Source of the DNA: Candidatus Spongiisociaceae bacterium
GTDB taxonomy: Bacteria; Actinomycetota; Acidimicrobiia; Spongiisociales; Spongiisociaceae
DNA: 64,000 nt
Assembly: GCA_965219685.1 (NCBI GenBank)
Contig: CBDCOH010000002.1
Location: 128,001-192,000 of the forward strand
Direction: 5' to 3'
Part shown: positions 18,830 to 29,700 of the stretch, piece by piece
Layout: each line of letters opens with the position of its first letter
Numbering within the stretch: the stretch's first letter is position 1
The notes under the pieces: model-generated
Databases searched by the model: none
Told to the model about the DNA's origin: nothing
What the model saw: only the letters and a program-made list of their open reading frames with translations
Program-made: the position numbers and the translations under genes

Positions 18830-19555
18830 TTGGCATCTACCAGCGATCACACAGGCTTGTACGAAGGGACATCACGGGACCCGGCCGCCCGGCTTGCCGG
18901 ATGGCTGCTGGTCTTGACCGCAGTGGCGACGGCGGTCATGGTGGTCGGCCGGGTCGCCGCCGATGCGGACGAACCGACTCTCATGGGTTCTCTCACGGCG
19001 ATATCGTCCGGCCGGGGCCTGTACACCATGAGCGGTGCGGCCCGCCTCGTTTCCGGGGTCACTTTGCTGGCCGCATCCTGGTACCTGTCGAGGACTTGGA
19101 TCATCAGGAGACGGCTAGGTACGCCGCTGGTTCCTGGCCTCTTCGCGCTCTCGGCTGTGTTCACCGCCGCATCCGGAGCGCTGGCGATCGCCCTGGCGAA
19201 TCTGGCATCCGACGCCGTCCGGCTCGGCGCGCTCTCCCCAACCTTGGCGCAGGCGGAAACCGTCTCGGATCTGCGGTGGTCGACCGGCAAGATCGGGTTC
19301 GCGCTAGCAGGCCTGACGTTGGTTCTGGCGTCACGCTATCAATGGAAGGTGGGCGGAGTTCTCCGGTATGTGTCCCCCGTGTCGGCGGCCTTAGGGATCG
19401 CGATGCAGTTCATCTGGGTCGACTCGGCCACCGTCGCCCACCCGGTCATCGGTACCGCGTTCTTCGTCTGGTTGGTGGGAGTCGGCATGATGCTGCTGAC
19501 CGGTCGCACCGAAAGGCTGTTCACCCGGTTCGTCGACAACCAGGCGACAAGCTGA
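18830..19555 (+). CDS. Multi-pass membrane protein of unknown function
   Basis: About 6 hydrophobic segments; AGAGGAGG RBS 7 nt before TTG 18830. Confidence 0.7.
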   Translation: MASTSDHTGLYEGTSRDPAARLAGWLLVLTAVATAVMVVGRVAADADEPTLMGSLTAISSGRGLYTMSGAARLVSGVTLLAASWYLSRTWIIRRRLGTPLVPGLFALSAVFTAASGALAIALANLASDAVRLGALSPTLAQAETVSDLRWSTGKIGFALAGLTLVLASRYQWKVGGVLRYVSPVSAALGIAMQFIWVDSATVAHPVIGTAFFVWLVGVGMMLLTGRTERLFTRFVDNQATS

Positions 19556-19849
19556 CCACCGCCGCCGGCGGGTAGAGCCGGTATGGGGGCCCTTGAAAAG
19601 CTCGCCCGCGTATCCAGAAGCTCTGGCGGTTGCCCCGGTTTACCCATGCCCTGTTAGACAGGCAGTCTATAAGCCTCGAAGGCATGGGACATAGTCGCGA
19701 CTCTGCTGGGCCAAGCCGTCGTTCGAACCGGTGCGGTAGACTCGTGTCGAGCGTGAACACCGACCGTATTCCTTCTTTCGGCAGGGCGGCGCTTCCTGCG
19801 CTGATCCGTACGAACTCGGGTTGCCGGAACGCGGACAAAGTGGCGCTGT

Positions 19850-22348
19850 ATGAAACGTCGGAGACACGAGGCGAAGGACGGGTGTGAGTTCATGGTGAAA
19901 GACAGGGGCGGTGACGTGGCTCACGGCGGAGCTTCAAGCGGAATGGAGAGAGGCCCGCAAGTCTCGGTAAACGAGGACGGTGGTTCGGGCGAGGGCGACC
20001 TGCTCCGGGCCGAGAACGAGACTCTCCGCGCCCGCCTTTCCAGGTTGACCGAGGCGATCCTGCGGATCAGCGAAGACCTCGATCTGGACACGGTCCTACA
20101 AGAAGTCGCGGACGGTGCCCGGTTGCTGACCGGCGCCCGTTACACCGCACTCACGACCCATAACGAGTTGGGCCAGCCACAGGACGTGCTGATCTCCGGT
20201 CTGACCGACGAGGAGAACGCGCGGATGCTTGGCTACCGGTTCGGGCCGGCTCTTTTCACACACCTGAGCGCGCTGCGGGAACCGCTGAGAGAGCGGGACT
20301 TTGTAACCTACACCGAGGTGGCCGGTTTTCCCGACTTCCCCGTCGGGATCGGGAGGTTCCTGAGTACCCAGATCCGGATCCGGGACCGCCACGTGGGAAA
20401 CATCTACATCGGTGACGAGGAGACCGGCGGGGAGTTCACCCTTGAGGATGAGCAGACCCTGAAGATGTTCGCCACGCAGGCTGCGCTGGCCATCACCAAC
20501 GCGCGTCGTTATGGCGAGGAGCAGCGGACAAAGGCGGATCTCGAAGCCCTTCTCAACACGTCTCCTGTGGGCGTCTTGGTCTTTGATGCGCTCACCCGGA
20601 AGGTCCTCAAGACCAATCACGAGGCGTGCCGCATCATCGGGTCCCGGTCGGTGGAGGAGGAGCATGTCGCGCGAGCCTTCGAGGCGGTCGAGTTCCGGCG
20701 CTTGGACGGAACGTCGGTACAGCCCGACGAGGTCCCCTTCGAACGGGCCGCACGGTCCGGCGAGACGGTGCGCGCCGAGGAGTTGGTAATCGGTGTTCCC
20801 TCCGGCGATCAGACAACCGTCCTTGTCAACACCACACCGATCCGTTCCGAAGATGGCCGACTCGTCTCCGTTGTGGCCACGATCCAGGACATCACCCCTC
20901 TTGAGGAGCTGGAGCGGCTTCGCGCCGGTTTCTTGGGGATGGTCAGCCACGAGTTGAGAACGCCTCTGACGTCGATAAAGGGATCTGCCGCCACCGTGCT
21001 CGGTTCGTCGTCTCCGCTCGACCCGGCCGAGACACGGCAGTTCTTCCGCATCATCGAGGAACAGGCCGACCAGATGCGGGACTTGATCAATAACCTGCTG
21101 GACCTGACCAGGATCGAGGCGGGGACCCTCTCGGTTGTTGCCGAACCGGCCGACGTCACGGCTGTCATCGACCAGGCCAGGAACCAGTTCCTGAGCGGCG
21201 GCTACCGCAACAGCATTGAGGTCGACCTGGCGCCGAACCTGCCGCAGGTTGTGGCGGATACCCAGCGGATCGTCCAAGTCCTTCACAACTTGTTCTCCAA
21301 CGCGTCGAAGTACTCGCGAGAGTGGTCTCGCATCCGGGTGAGCGCCAGTCTTGAGGACGGCCACGTTGCGATCTCGGTAGCTGACGAGGGCAAGGGCATA
21401 GCAGGCGAGCACCTACCCCACCTGTTCACCAAGTTCTCCCGGATCGACGCCGGCGGGGACCACCGGCTTGGTGGCCACGGGCTCGGTCTGGCGATCTGCC
21501 GGGGAATTGTGGAAGCCCACGGCGGCCGTATCCGGGCGGAGAGCGAGGGAGACGGACGCGGGACACGGTTCATCTTCACCATCCCCGCTGTCGACGAAAC
21601 CGCCAACCGTCTGTCACCTGGCCTCGCCAACGGATCCACTGGTCCGGGGCAAACACCCCGGGCTAGCGGTCGAATACTGGCGATCGACGACGATCCCCAG
21701 ATACTTCGCTATGTCCGCAACACCCTCGCAGAGGCGGGATACAGGCCGGTGGTCACCAGTGACGTGGACGAGGTCGGCAACCTGCTCGAGGCGGAGAGGC
21801 CGCAGCTCGTTCTGGTGAATCTGGTCCTTCCCGGAATCGACGGTTTCGACCTCCTGGAACATATCCGTACCGACTTCCGCACCCCGGTCATCATCCTGTC
21901 CGGACGGGGACGAGGCCAGGACATCGCCAGAGCATTCGAGCTCGGAGCCGCGGACTACGTGGTCAAACCGTTCTCGCCCGCCGAGTTGGTAGCCAGGATC
22001 GGAGCCGCGCTACGCCAACACGCGGCGCAACCGCATGGCGGGTTCGAGCCGTACGAGTGCGGCGATCTGGTCATCAACCACTTGGAACGAGTTGTGACCG
22101 TGGCGGGCGAGCAGGCGCGCCTCACGCCGACCGAGTACAAGCTCCTGTTCGAACTCTCCCGGTATCCCGGACGGGTGTTGACCCACGATCAGTTGCTGGG
22201 GAGCGTGTGGGGCGAAGACCACCCGGCAGATCAGCGTCTGCTGCGCTCGTTCGTCAAGAACCTACGCCAGAAGCTCGGAGACGACGCCAGGAACCCCTCC
22301 TACATCTTCACCCAGTCCGGCGTCGGATACCGTCTCGCCAAACCCTGA
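19850..22348 (+). CDS. Cytoplasmic hybrid sensor: GAF-PAS-HisKA-HATPase-receiver-OmpR/KdpE winged helix
   Basis: SHELRTPLTSI H-box, NLFSNASKYS N-box, DEGKG, GLGLAIC, AIDDD...KPFS receiver, LTPTEYKLL...GVGYR winged helix. True start may be 19892 or 19943. Confidence 0.92.
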   Translation: MKRRRHEAKDGCEFMVKDRGGDVAHGGASSGMERGPQVSVNEDGGSGEGDLLRAENETLRARLSRLTEAILRISEDLDLDTVLQEVADGARLLTGARYTALTTHNELGQPQDVLISGLTDEENARMLGYRFGPALFTHLSALREPLRERDFVTYTEVAGFPDFPVGIGRFLSTQIRIRDRHVGNIYIGDEETGGEFTLEDEQTLKMFATQAALAITNARRYGEEQRTKADLEALLNTSPVGVLVFDALTRKVLKTNHEACRIIGSRSVEEEHVARAFEAVEFRRLDGTSVQPDEVPFERAARSGETVRAEELVIGVPSGDQTTVLVNTTPIRSEDGRLVSVVATIQDITPLEELERLRAGFLGMVSHELRTPLTSIKGSAATVLGSSSPLDPAETRQFFRIIEEQADQMRDLINNLLDLTRIEAGTLSVVAEPADVTAVIDQARNQFLSGGYRNSIEVDLAPNLPQVVADTQRIVQVLHNLFSNASKYSREWSRIRVSASLEDGHVAISVADEGKGIAGEHLPHLFTKFSRIDAGGDHRLGGHGLGLAICRGIVEAHGGRIRAESEGDGRGTRFIFTIPAVDETANRLSPGLANGSTGPGQTPRASGRILAIDDDPQILRYVRNTLAEAGYRPVVTSDVDEVGNLLEAERPQLVLVNLVLPGIDGFDLLEHIRTDFRTPVIILSGRGRGQDIARAFELGAADYVVKPFSPAELVARIGAALRQHAAQPHGGFEPYECGDLVINHLERVVTVAGEQARLTPTEYKLLFELSRYPGRVLTHDQLLGSVWGEDHPADQRLLRSFVKNLRQKLGDDARNPSYIFTQSGVGYRLAKP

Positions 22349-22450
22349 GCCCGGTCCCGCCCGCGGCGGTTTCCGGGGTTGGGGTGTCCAGCAAGCGAGA
22401 GGCGACGAAGGTACCTCTTCCCTCGTGAGGGATCGGTGAATTCCGGGTCG

Positions 22451-22479
22451 TTGCCTTGACGGAGATCGATGAACATAAT
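22451..22479 (+). promoter_or_regulatory. Putative sigma70-type promoter for marR
   Basis: TTGCCT-17 bp-CATAAT, with an overlapping TTGACG alternative. Confidence 0.4.
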
Positions 22480-22621
22480 ATGTAGCGATCGCAGGTGGCG
22501 GTGAGGGCACTTCCAAATAGCCCGGCGGGTCGAAGACAGTACCTGTTCGGGGGCCCCGCCTTCGCCGGGCCGCAGATCTAAAAGCGATTCTCAACGACGT
22601 TGCCGAGGGAGGGCGTACCCG

Positions 22622-23104
22622 ATGACAGACCAGTCAACACTTGAACGCAGGACGCCGACCGCCGACGACCTTGGGAAGTGTGTCGCCGGTCTGGTCAACG
22701 CGGTAGCGCGCGGGACGGAAGAACAGATCGAGCCCTGGGGGTTCTCGGCACTCGAGTTCTCCGTCCTCGGAGTGTGCCGTAGCGCTGGGTCTACCACCGT
22801 CACCGGACTCGCCGAAGTCATACCCATCGATAGCGGGCGTATCAGTCGCATAGTCAACAAGCTCTACAACAGGGGTCTCATCAGCAGGCGGCGCTTGGCT
22901 TCCGACCGTCGAGTCGTCAAGCTGCAACTCAGCGAAGACGGCCTCGACCTCGTACCCCGCCTGGTACAACTCGTGGAGGACTACAACAAGATGCTGCTGG
23001 CGGGTATCTCAGTCGAAGACCAGGCCAGGTTCGTCGCAGTCTGTCACAAGATCATCGAGAACCACACCCGCCACCAAGCCGAGCGAGCCGCACAAGCTCC
23101 GTAG
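22622..23104 (+). CDS. MarR-family transcriptional regulator
   Basis: ISRIVNKLYNRGLISR...DRRVVKLQLSEDG. Confidence 0.92.
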   Translation: MTDQSTLERRTPTADDLGKCVAGLVNAVARGTEEQIEPWGFSALEFSVLGVCRSAGSTTVTGLAEVIPIDSGRISRIVNKLYNRGLISRRRLASDRRVVKLQLSEDGLDLVPRLVQLVEDYNKMLLAGISVEDQARFVAVCHKIIENHTRHQAERAAQAP

Positions 23105-23704
23105 CTCGTCGAAGCCACAGACGGAGTGAGGCCTTACTCAGCTCGCTCGATGCACCGCCGGTCTCGCGATGCAGCGGCCGATCACTGACCACTGACCATA
23201 ACCGGCACGGGCTACTGTCCATCATTAACTGATCAGTATCGACAGTGACTTACCACGCTGTAATCAAATGTTGCGCCGGACTATCACCGACCGTTGCACG
23301 ATCTGTGACGTTCATCCATCAGTTCAAGCACCTACGTGACACAGCACCCAGTGATATGTACAATAGATGAATAGACAACTTCTGTTCGTGCTCATATTAT
23401 GAAACAATCTGCGCTACGCCGAGCCGCGCTCGTCGCACGGTTCCGTGTGCAGACGACGCCGCGTGATGACGAGCTCCGGTCTTCACCCCTGGAAGCAGGA
23501 AGCACGCCGCGGCGGGTGGTCCGAAAGGAGGGGAGCCATCCAGGAGCAGACGCCCGAAGGCGTCCTAGGTGTGGTTGCGGGAACAGACCGGACGGTCAGC
23601 ACCGTCTTGGGATCGAACTGGCTGGTCATTGGCGCAATCCCCGTTGACAGCTGTTTGCGGTCCGACCGCGGGCCGACCTTCCCTCCGGAGCCAACGGAGC
23701 ACTA

Positions 23705-26700
23705 GTGGCTGTCTCGGTGGCTGGTCGGTGGCTGGTGTGGGTGCTGGCGATGGTTCTGTGGGTCTCGTCGACCGTTCCGGCGGCCGGGGATACCTCCACG
23801 TCGGAGGATTCCGTTCCCGAGGCGGCTAACGATCCGGCCCTCCCCCCGGAATCAGATTCCGCGCCGGATTCCGACGCGACGCCGGAACAGCCGGTACCCG
23901 AACCCGAGAAGCCCAGCGGGTTGAGGGTCACCACGGAAGCCGGCTCGCTGGACGTGGGGGTTGACTGGGATGACGTGGACGGCGCGACGCTCTACCTGGT
24001 GCGGTGGCGGTCGGTGGACGCCGGCGACAAGCTGAACGAGGGGGTGGAGGTCCAACTGTCGGCTACGACCATCACCCTGGCGAATTTCGGCGAGTGGGTG
24101 GTGCGGGTGCAAGCCTGCAATGACGCCGGCTGTGGGAAGCCCCTCGCCCACAAATTCAAGATTGAACCAATACTTGAACCTGAACCCACACCGGAGCCTG
24201 ATCCCGAGCCGGAGCCGGAGCCTGATCCCGAGCCGGAGCCTGATCCCGAGCCGGAGTCGGATCCTGATCCCGAGCCGGAGTCGGATCCTGATCCCGAGCC
24301 GGAGCCTGATCCCGAGCCGAGGTCGGATCCCGAGCCGAGGTCGGATCCCGAGCCGGAGTCGGATCCTGAGGTGCCGGTAAGCGTGCCGGGGAAGCCAAGC
24401 GGATTGAGAGTCGCCACGGAGACAGGCTCGCTGGACGTGGGGGTGGACTGGGGAGACGTGGACGGCGCGAGGCGTTATCTGGTGCGGTGGCGGTCGGTGG
24501 ACGCCGGCGACAAGCTGAACGCGGGCGTGGACGTGCGGTCATCCGGTACGACCATCACCGTGGCGGGCTTCGGCGAATGGGTGGTGCGGGTAGAGGCGTG
24601 TAATGACGCCGGCTGCGGGGAAGCCCGGTCACGGAAATTCGAGGTTGAGCCGGTCCCGGAACACGAACCCGAGCCGGCCTCTTTTCTGCCGGGTTTGATT
24701 CTGACCGTTGCCCCTGACCGACTGGTGGAGGACGGGGGGAAGGCCTCGATAGTCGTGACAGCCGCCTGGGTGGGCTCCGTCACCCTTTCGGAGGACACCA
24801 CGGTTGCGTTGAGCCTGTCGGGTACCGCAGAGGACCCGGCGGACTACACCGCCGAGGTCGCCGACCTGGTCATCGCGGCAGGGGCTGCCAGCGGGACCAC
24901 CAACCTCTCTGTCACCCCCGTGGACGATGGGTTGGCGGAGGGTGACGAGACCATCGTGGTAACTGGGGCGGTGGACGGTCTCACATTGTTCACGCCGATC
25001 ATCCTCGCCGATCCGCTCCTGACCAGTGTCGCGAGCGAAGGCACCAACTCGGCGCCTTCGTTCCCCGGCGCCGACCCTGTCTTCCGGTCGGTTCCCGAGA
25101 ACAGTCCGGCGGGCACCGCGGTGGGCGACCCGGTAACCGCGACCGACGCCGACAGCGGGGACACTCTCGTCTACAGCCTGACCGACACCGACGCCGCCAG
25201 CTTCACCGTCGACAGCAGCGGACAGATCAAAGTAGCCGAAGGCACGACGCTGGACTACGAGCAGGACGCCGCCTACACGGTGGACGTGAACGTCAGCGAC
25301 GGCAAGGATGCGGACGGCAACGCCGACACAGCCATCGACGACTCGGTGGGTGTGGTCATCTATGTGACTGACATCAAGCCGCCGCATGCGCCGCTGCTGA
25401 CCGTAACGCCGTCGGCCGACGGAGAGGGAATGCGCGTCGACTGGACCCAGCAGGAGGAGGTTGGCAGGGCGCCCGTGACCGAGTACGACATGCGATTCCG
25501 CGAGTTGGGGACCTTTGCCTGTGACGACACCCAGCGGTTCGCGAGTCAGCTGTCCTTCGCCTCCACGATCCGCACCGCGACCATCCCACCCGAGGGCACC
25601 GATGCCCTCAAGCCGGGGGTGGTCTACTGCGTGAAAGTGCAGGCGCGCAGCGTGGAGGGCGACAGCCTTGGTGTCTCCGAACCCCGGATGAACACATTGC
25701 CCGCCTCAGCAGACTTCGCCGTATCGGCCTCGCCCGCCAGCGCCCTTCTGCTGAGCGCCGACCACTTCCCCTACACCGATCCCCACGACACGCTCGGGAG
25801 GGTCAAGATCCTGTCCCTTCCCGATCCCGCCCAGGGCCGGCTGAGACTCGAGGCCGCAAACGTGGCGATCAACCAGTTCATAGAGGCCGACTCTCTCAAC
25901 CTGTTCTCGTTCGAGCCGGCTTCGACGTTCAGCGGCGGCGCCGCGTTCCGCTTCCAGCTCGAGGACTCCCACGGTGCTCTGACCACGGCCCATACCGCCA
26001 CGATCGACCTGGCGGTCCCCGCCATAACCGAAGTGGACATAACCTCCAGCCCGGCCCTGAACAACACGTACGTCACCGGAGAGACGGCCCAGGTAACCGT
26101 CACCTGGGATCAGCAGGTCAGTTGGGACATCACCGCCACCGGCGCCGCCATCTCCCTCGACCTCGAAGTGGGGAACGCCACGCGGACCGCAGCTCTGGTA
26201 ACCGGCGGAGACACCACCGGGAGCGCCACCGCCCTCACCTTTCAGTACCCCATCCAGTCCACCGATGCAGACACCGACGGAATCAGCGCCGTCGCCGACA
26301 GCGGCGGCAACCTCGTGCAACTATCCGGCGGGGCCAGCCTCACCGACGCGTCCGACCGCGCAGCAGGTCGTACCTATGACTCCTTACCCGAGGATGACAG
26401 CCTCCACAAGGTGGACGGCACCAAGGTGTTCAACCATGCACCCGCTTTTCCGGCGGACGACACGCCGCCCCTGGCCCGCACCGTGGACGAGAACAGTCCG
26501 GCCGGGACGACGGTGGGCGCCCCTGTTGTGGCCACCGACCCCGACACCGGCGACATCCTCACCTACACGCTGAGCGGTGTCGACGCATCAGCCTTCACGA
26601 TCGACGCCGCCGGGCAGATCAAGGTGGGCCAGGACGCGGCCCTTGACTACGAGACAAAGGCCACTCTCTCGCTCACCGTGAACGTTCGTGACAGCGAGGA

Positions 26701-29700
26701 CACCGCCGGTGGCCCCGACACCGTCACGGATGCATCGGTCGAGGTAACCATCACGGTGACCGACCAACCGGAGGCACCCAGGCCGGTAACCGGGCTGACG
26801 GCCACAGCGGTGTCCGGCTACAGCGCCCGGCTGGACTGGACGGCGTCGGACACTGCCGGGCTGCCGCCCATCGATCGTGTGATCATCGACCCGTATCACC
26901 TTGTTCAGGAGCGTCGCCAGTACCTCTCCCAGGTAGTACTCGAAGAAGAACGGGCAGCCGAGGTCACGTACACAGTCACCGGGCTGGTCCCCGAAACCAC
27001 CTACTACTTCGACGTGCGGGTGAGGAACACCGATGGCCTTCAATCCACCATAGAAGCGGCACAGACCACCACCATCGCCAATACCGCGCCCGCCTCGGTG
27101 GATTTCACCAAGAACACCCATACCGACACCGACCTGTCCTTTCTCCCATCTGACTTTCCGTTCGTCGACGGGGACGCCGGCGACAGCCTGGCGGCGGTCC
27201 GGATAGTCACGCTGCCCGACGCTGCACACGGCGCCCTGAAGTGGACCGAGTCCGGCGCCTCCCAGGCCTCCGTGACGACCAACCAGCTGATCACCGCCAC
27301 CGACCTGGACACGCTGACATTCATCCCGGCGACCTCCTACACCGGCGCCGCGACCTTCACCTTCAAGGTGGTGGACGGGGCAGGCGCCGAGTCGACGGCG
27401 GCCCGAACGGCCACCGTCAATGTCCAGGACGATGCGCCGAAGTTCACCGGGACCCTTCCGCTAACCCGCTCCGTCCCGGAGAACAGCGCCGCGGGAACCC
27501 GCGTCGGCGCCCCCCTCACCGCCTCCGACCCGGACGGCGACACGATCACCTACTCCCTCTCGGGCGCGGACGCGGCCGGCTTCGACATAGACGCCACGAG
27601 CGGTCAGGTGACGGTGGGGAAGGGTGCGGCGCTCGATTACGAGACGAAGAACACTCACGAGGTTACGGTCAACATCCACGACGGGAAGGGTCCCGACGGC
27701 GGGGCCAGCACCGTGACCGACGCCTCCGCGACACTCACCATCACGGTGACCGACCAGATCGAGCGGCCCAATCCTCCAACCGGGTTCAACGCCACAGTTC
27801 TGTCTCCCTCCAGCATCCGGCTGGACTGGGAAGCATCGGACACCACCGGGCTGCCGCCCATCAACCACTACTTGATAAGGTATGGAGTAGCGAGCGGATC
27901 CGCTCGCGCCACGGCGTTTCCGGACCCACCGACCGCGGTCACCCACACCGTCACCGGGTTGACGCCCGCCACCACCTACCACTTCGAGGTGCGGCTGTCC
28001 AACACTGATGGCAAGAGCAGTCCCATACGCCCGTCCGTCACGGCCACCACGTCCCCCAACCTTGCTCCGACATCGGCGGACTTCAGGGCATACCTCCCAG
28101 CCGGGGGCCGTGACCTGTCGTTCTCCGCAGCCGACTTCCAGTTCGCCGACGCCGACTCCGCCGACAGTCTCAAACAGGTGAGGATCGTCTCGTTACCGAA
28201 GTCATCGGACGGAGTGCTCAAGTGGACACCGTCGGGCGGCGCCGAGACCAGCGTGACCACCAGCAGGCCGATAGACGTCCGCGCTCTCGGGACCCTGGTC
28301 TTCGATCTCGCCGACCGGTTCTCCGGTCCTACCGACAGCCGGTTCGGCCCGGCGTCGTTCACGTTCAAGGTGGTGGACCAGCATGGCGCCGAGTCCTCGG
28401 ATTCCTACACAGCCACCATCTGGAACCGGGCCGCCTCCCGGGTCGTCTCCATGAAGATCACCTCGACGCCGGCGGTGGGCGACACCTACACGCTGGGCGA
28501 GACCGTCCAGGTGACCGTGGGGTTCGACAAGTACGTGGTCTGGGATGTGTCGGCCGCGGACGCCGATGTCAGGATCCAGTTCGAGGAAGGATCACAGGAC
28601 ACCCTGCCCGCGGCCTCCCTCGTTACCGGCGGACGGACCACCTCCGCCGCGCGCGAAATGGTGTTCGAATTCACTGTGGCCGCTACCCACAGCAGCCCCG
28701 GCGGCCTCCGCATCCATCCCAACAGTGGACTGCCCGTACAGAAGCTCAACGGCGCCACGATCCTATCCGAGCACGGAGGTGCCGCCGAGCTCGCCTACAG
28801 CGCGTCCCGGATCCCGGCCCGGGACACGAACCATAAGGTAGGAGGATCCCTCCTCCCCAACGCGGCGCCGGCTTTCGGCAAGAGCGGCCCACTGTCGTTC
28901 TCGGTGTCCGAGGACGCGGCCGCCGGGACAAAGATCGGCGACCCGGTGAGCGCCATCGATCCCGACGCGGGCGACGCCCTCACCTACTCGCTGTCGGGGA
29001 CCAACGCCGCCTTCTTCGACATGGACAGCGCCACCGGCCAGATCTCGGTAGGCAGCAACGCGATCCTGGACTTCGAAGCAGCCGCGAACAGCTACAACCT
29101 GGTGGTGAAGGTTCGGGACGGGAAGGACCGCTACAGCCGCGTCGACACGTCCGACGACGACTCCATCGGTGTGACCATCTCCCTCACCGACGCCACGGAG
29201 CCGTCCCTCCCACCCGCAGGAATGTCGGCGACCGTGCTCTCCTCCACCAGTATCGAAGTGGAATGGGACGCGCCGGACAATCGGGGGCGCACCCCGGCCT
29301 CCGGCTACGAACTGTTTTACAGGGCCGGTGGTGATACCAACGGGACCACGGTCAGCTTCGACGGCGACACCTTCACAGCCACTCTGGCCGGGCTGACCCC
29401 GGGCGTGTCGTACCACGTGGCAATGAGGGCTGAGAACGCAGACGGATTCGGGCCATGGTCAGCCATCGAACCCTCACCCACCACCACCGCCAACGCCGGA
29501 CCCACTTCGTCCGACTTCACCAAGAACATCGCGCCAGGCATCGATCTGGGCTTCTCCGCGACGGACTTCGAGTTCAACGACGTGGACACCGGTGACATCC
29601 TGAAAGCGGTCACGATCGTCACCCTGCCCCAAGCGGCTCATGGCGTGCTGAAGTGGAAGGACCTGGGCGTCACGCTGAAAACGGTGCCGGCGAACCAGCT

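Noticed and set aside
23228-23237. Palindrome ACTGATCAGT as MarR operator
   Set aside because: Single 10-bp palindrome with no second copy near marR; not distinguishable from chance.
23399-23829. Small ORFs upstream of the giant gene as leader peptides or an extended start
   Set aside because: Different frames and no motifs; GTG 23705 already gives a plausible signal peptide.
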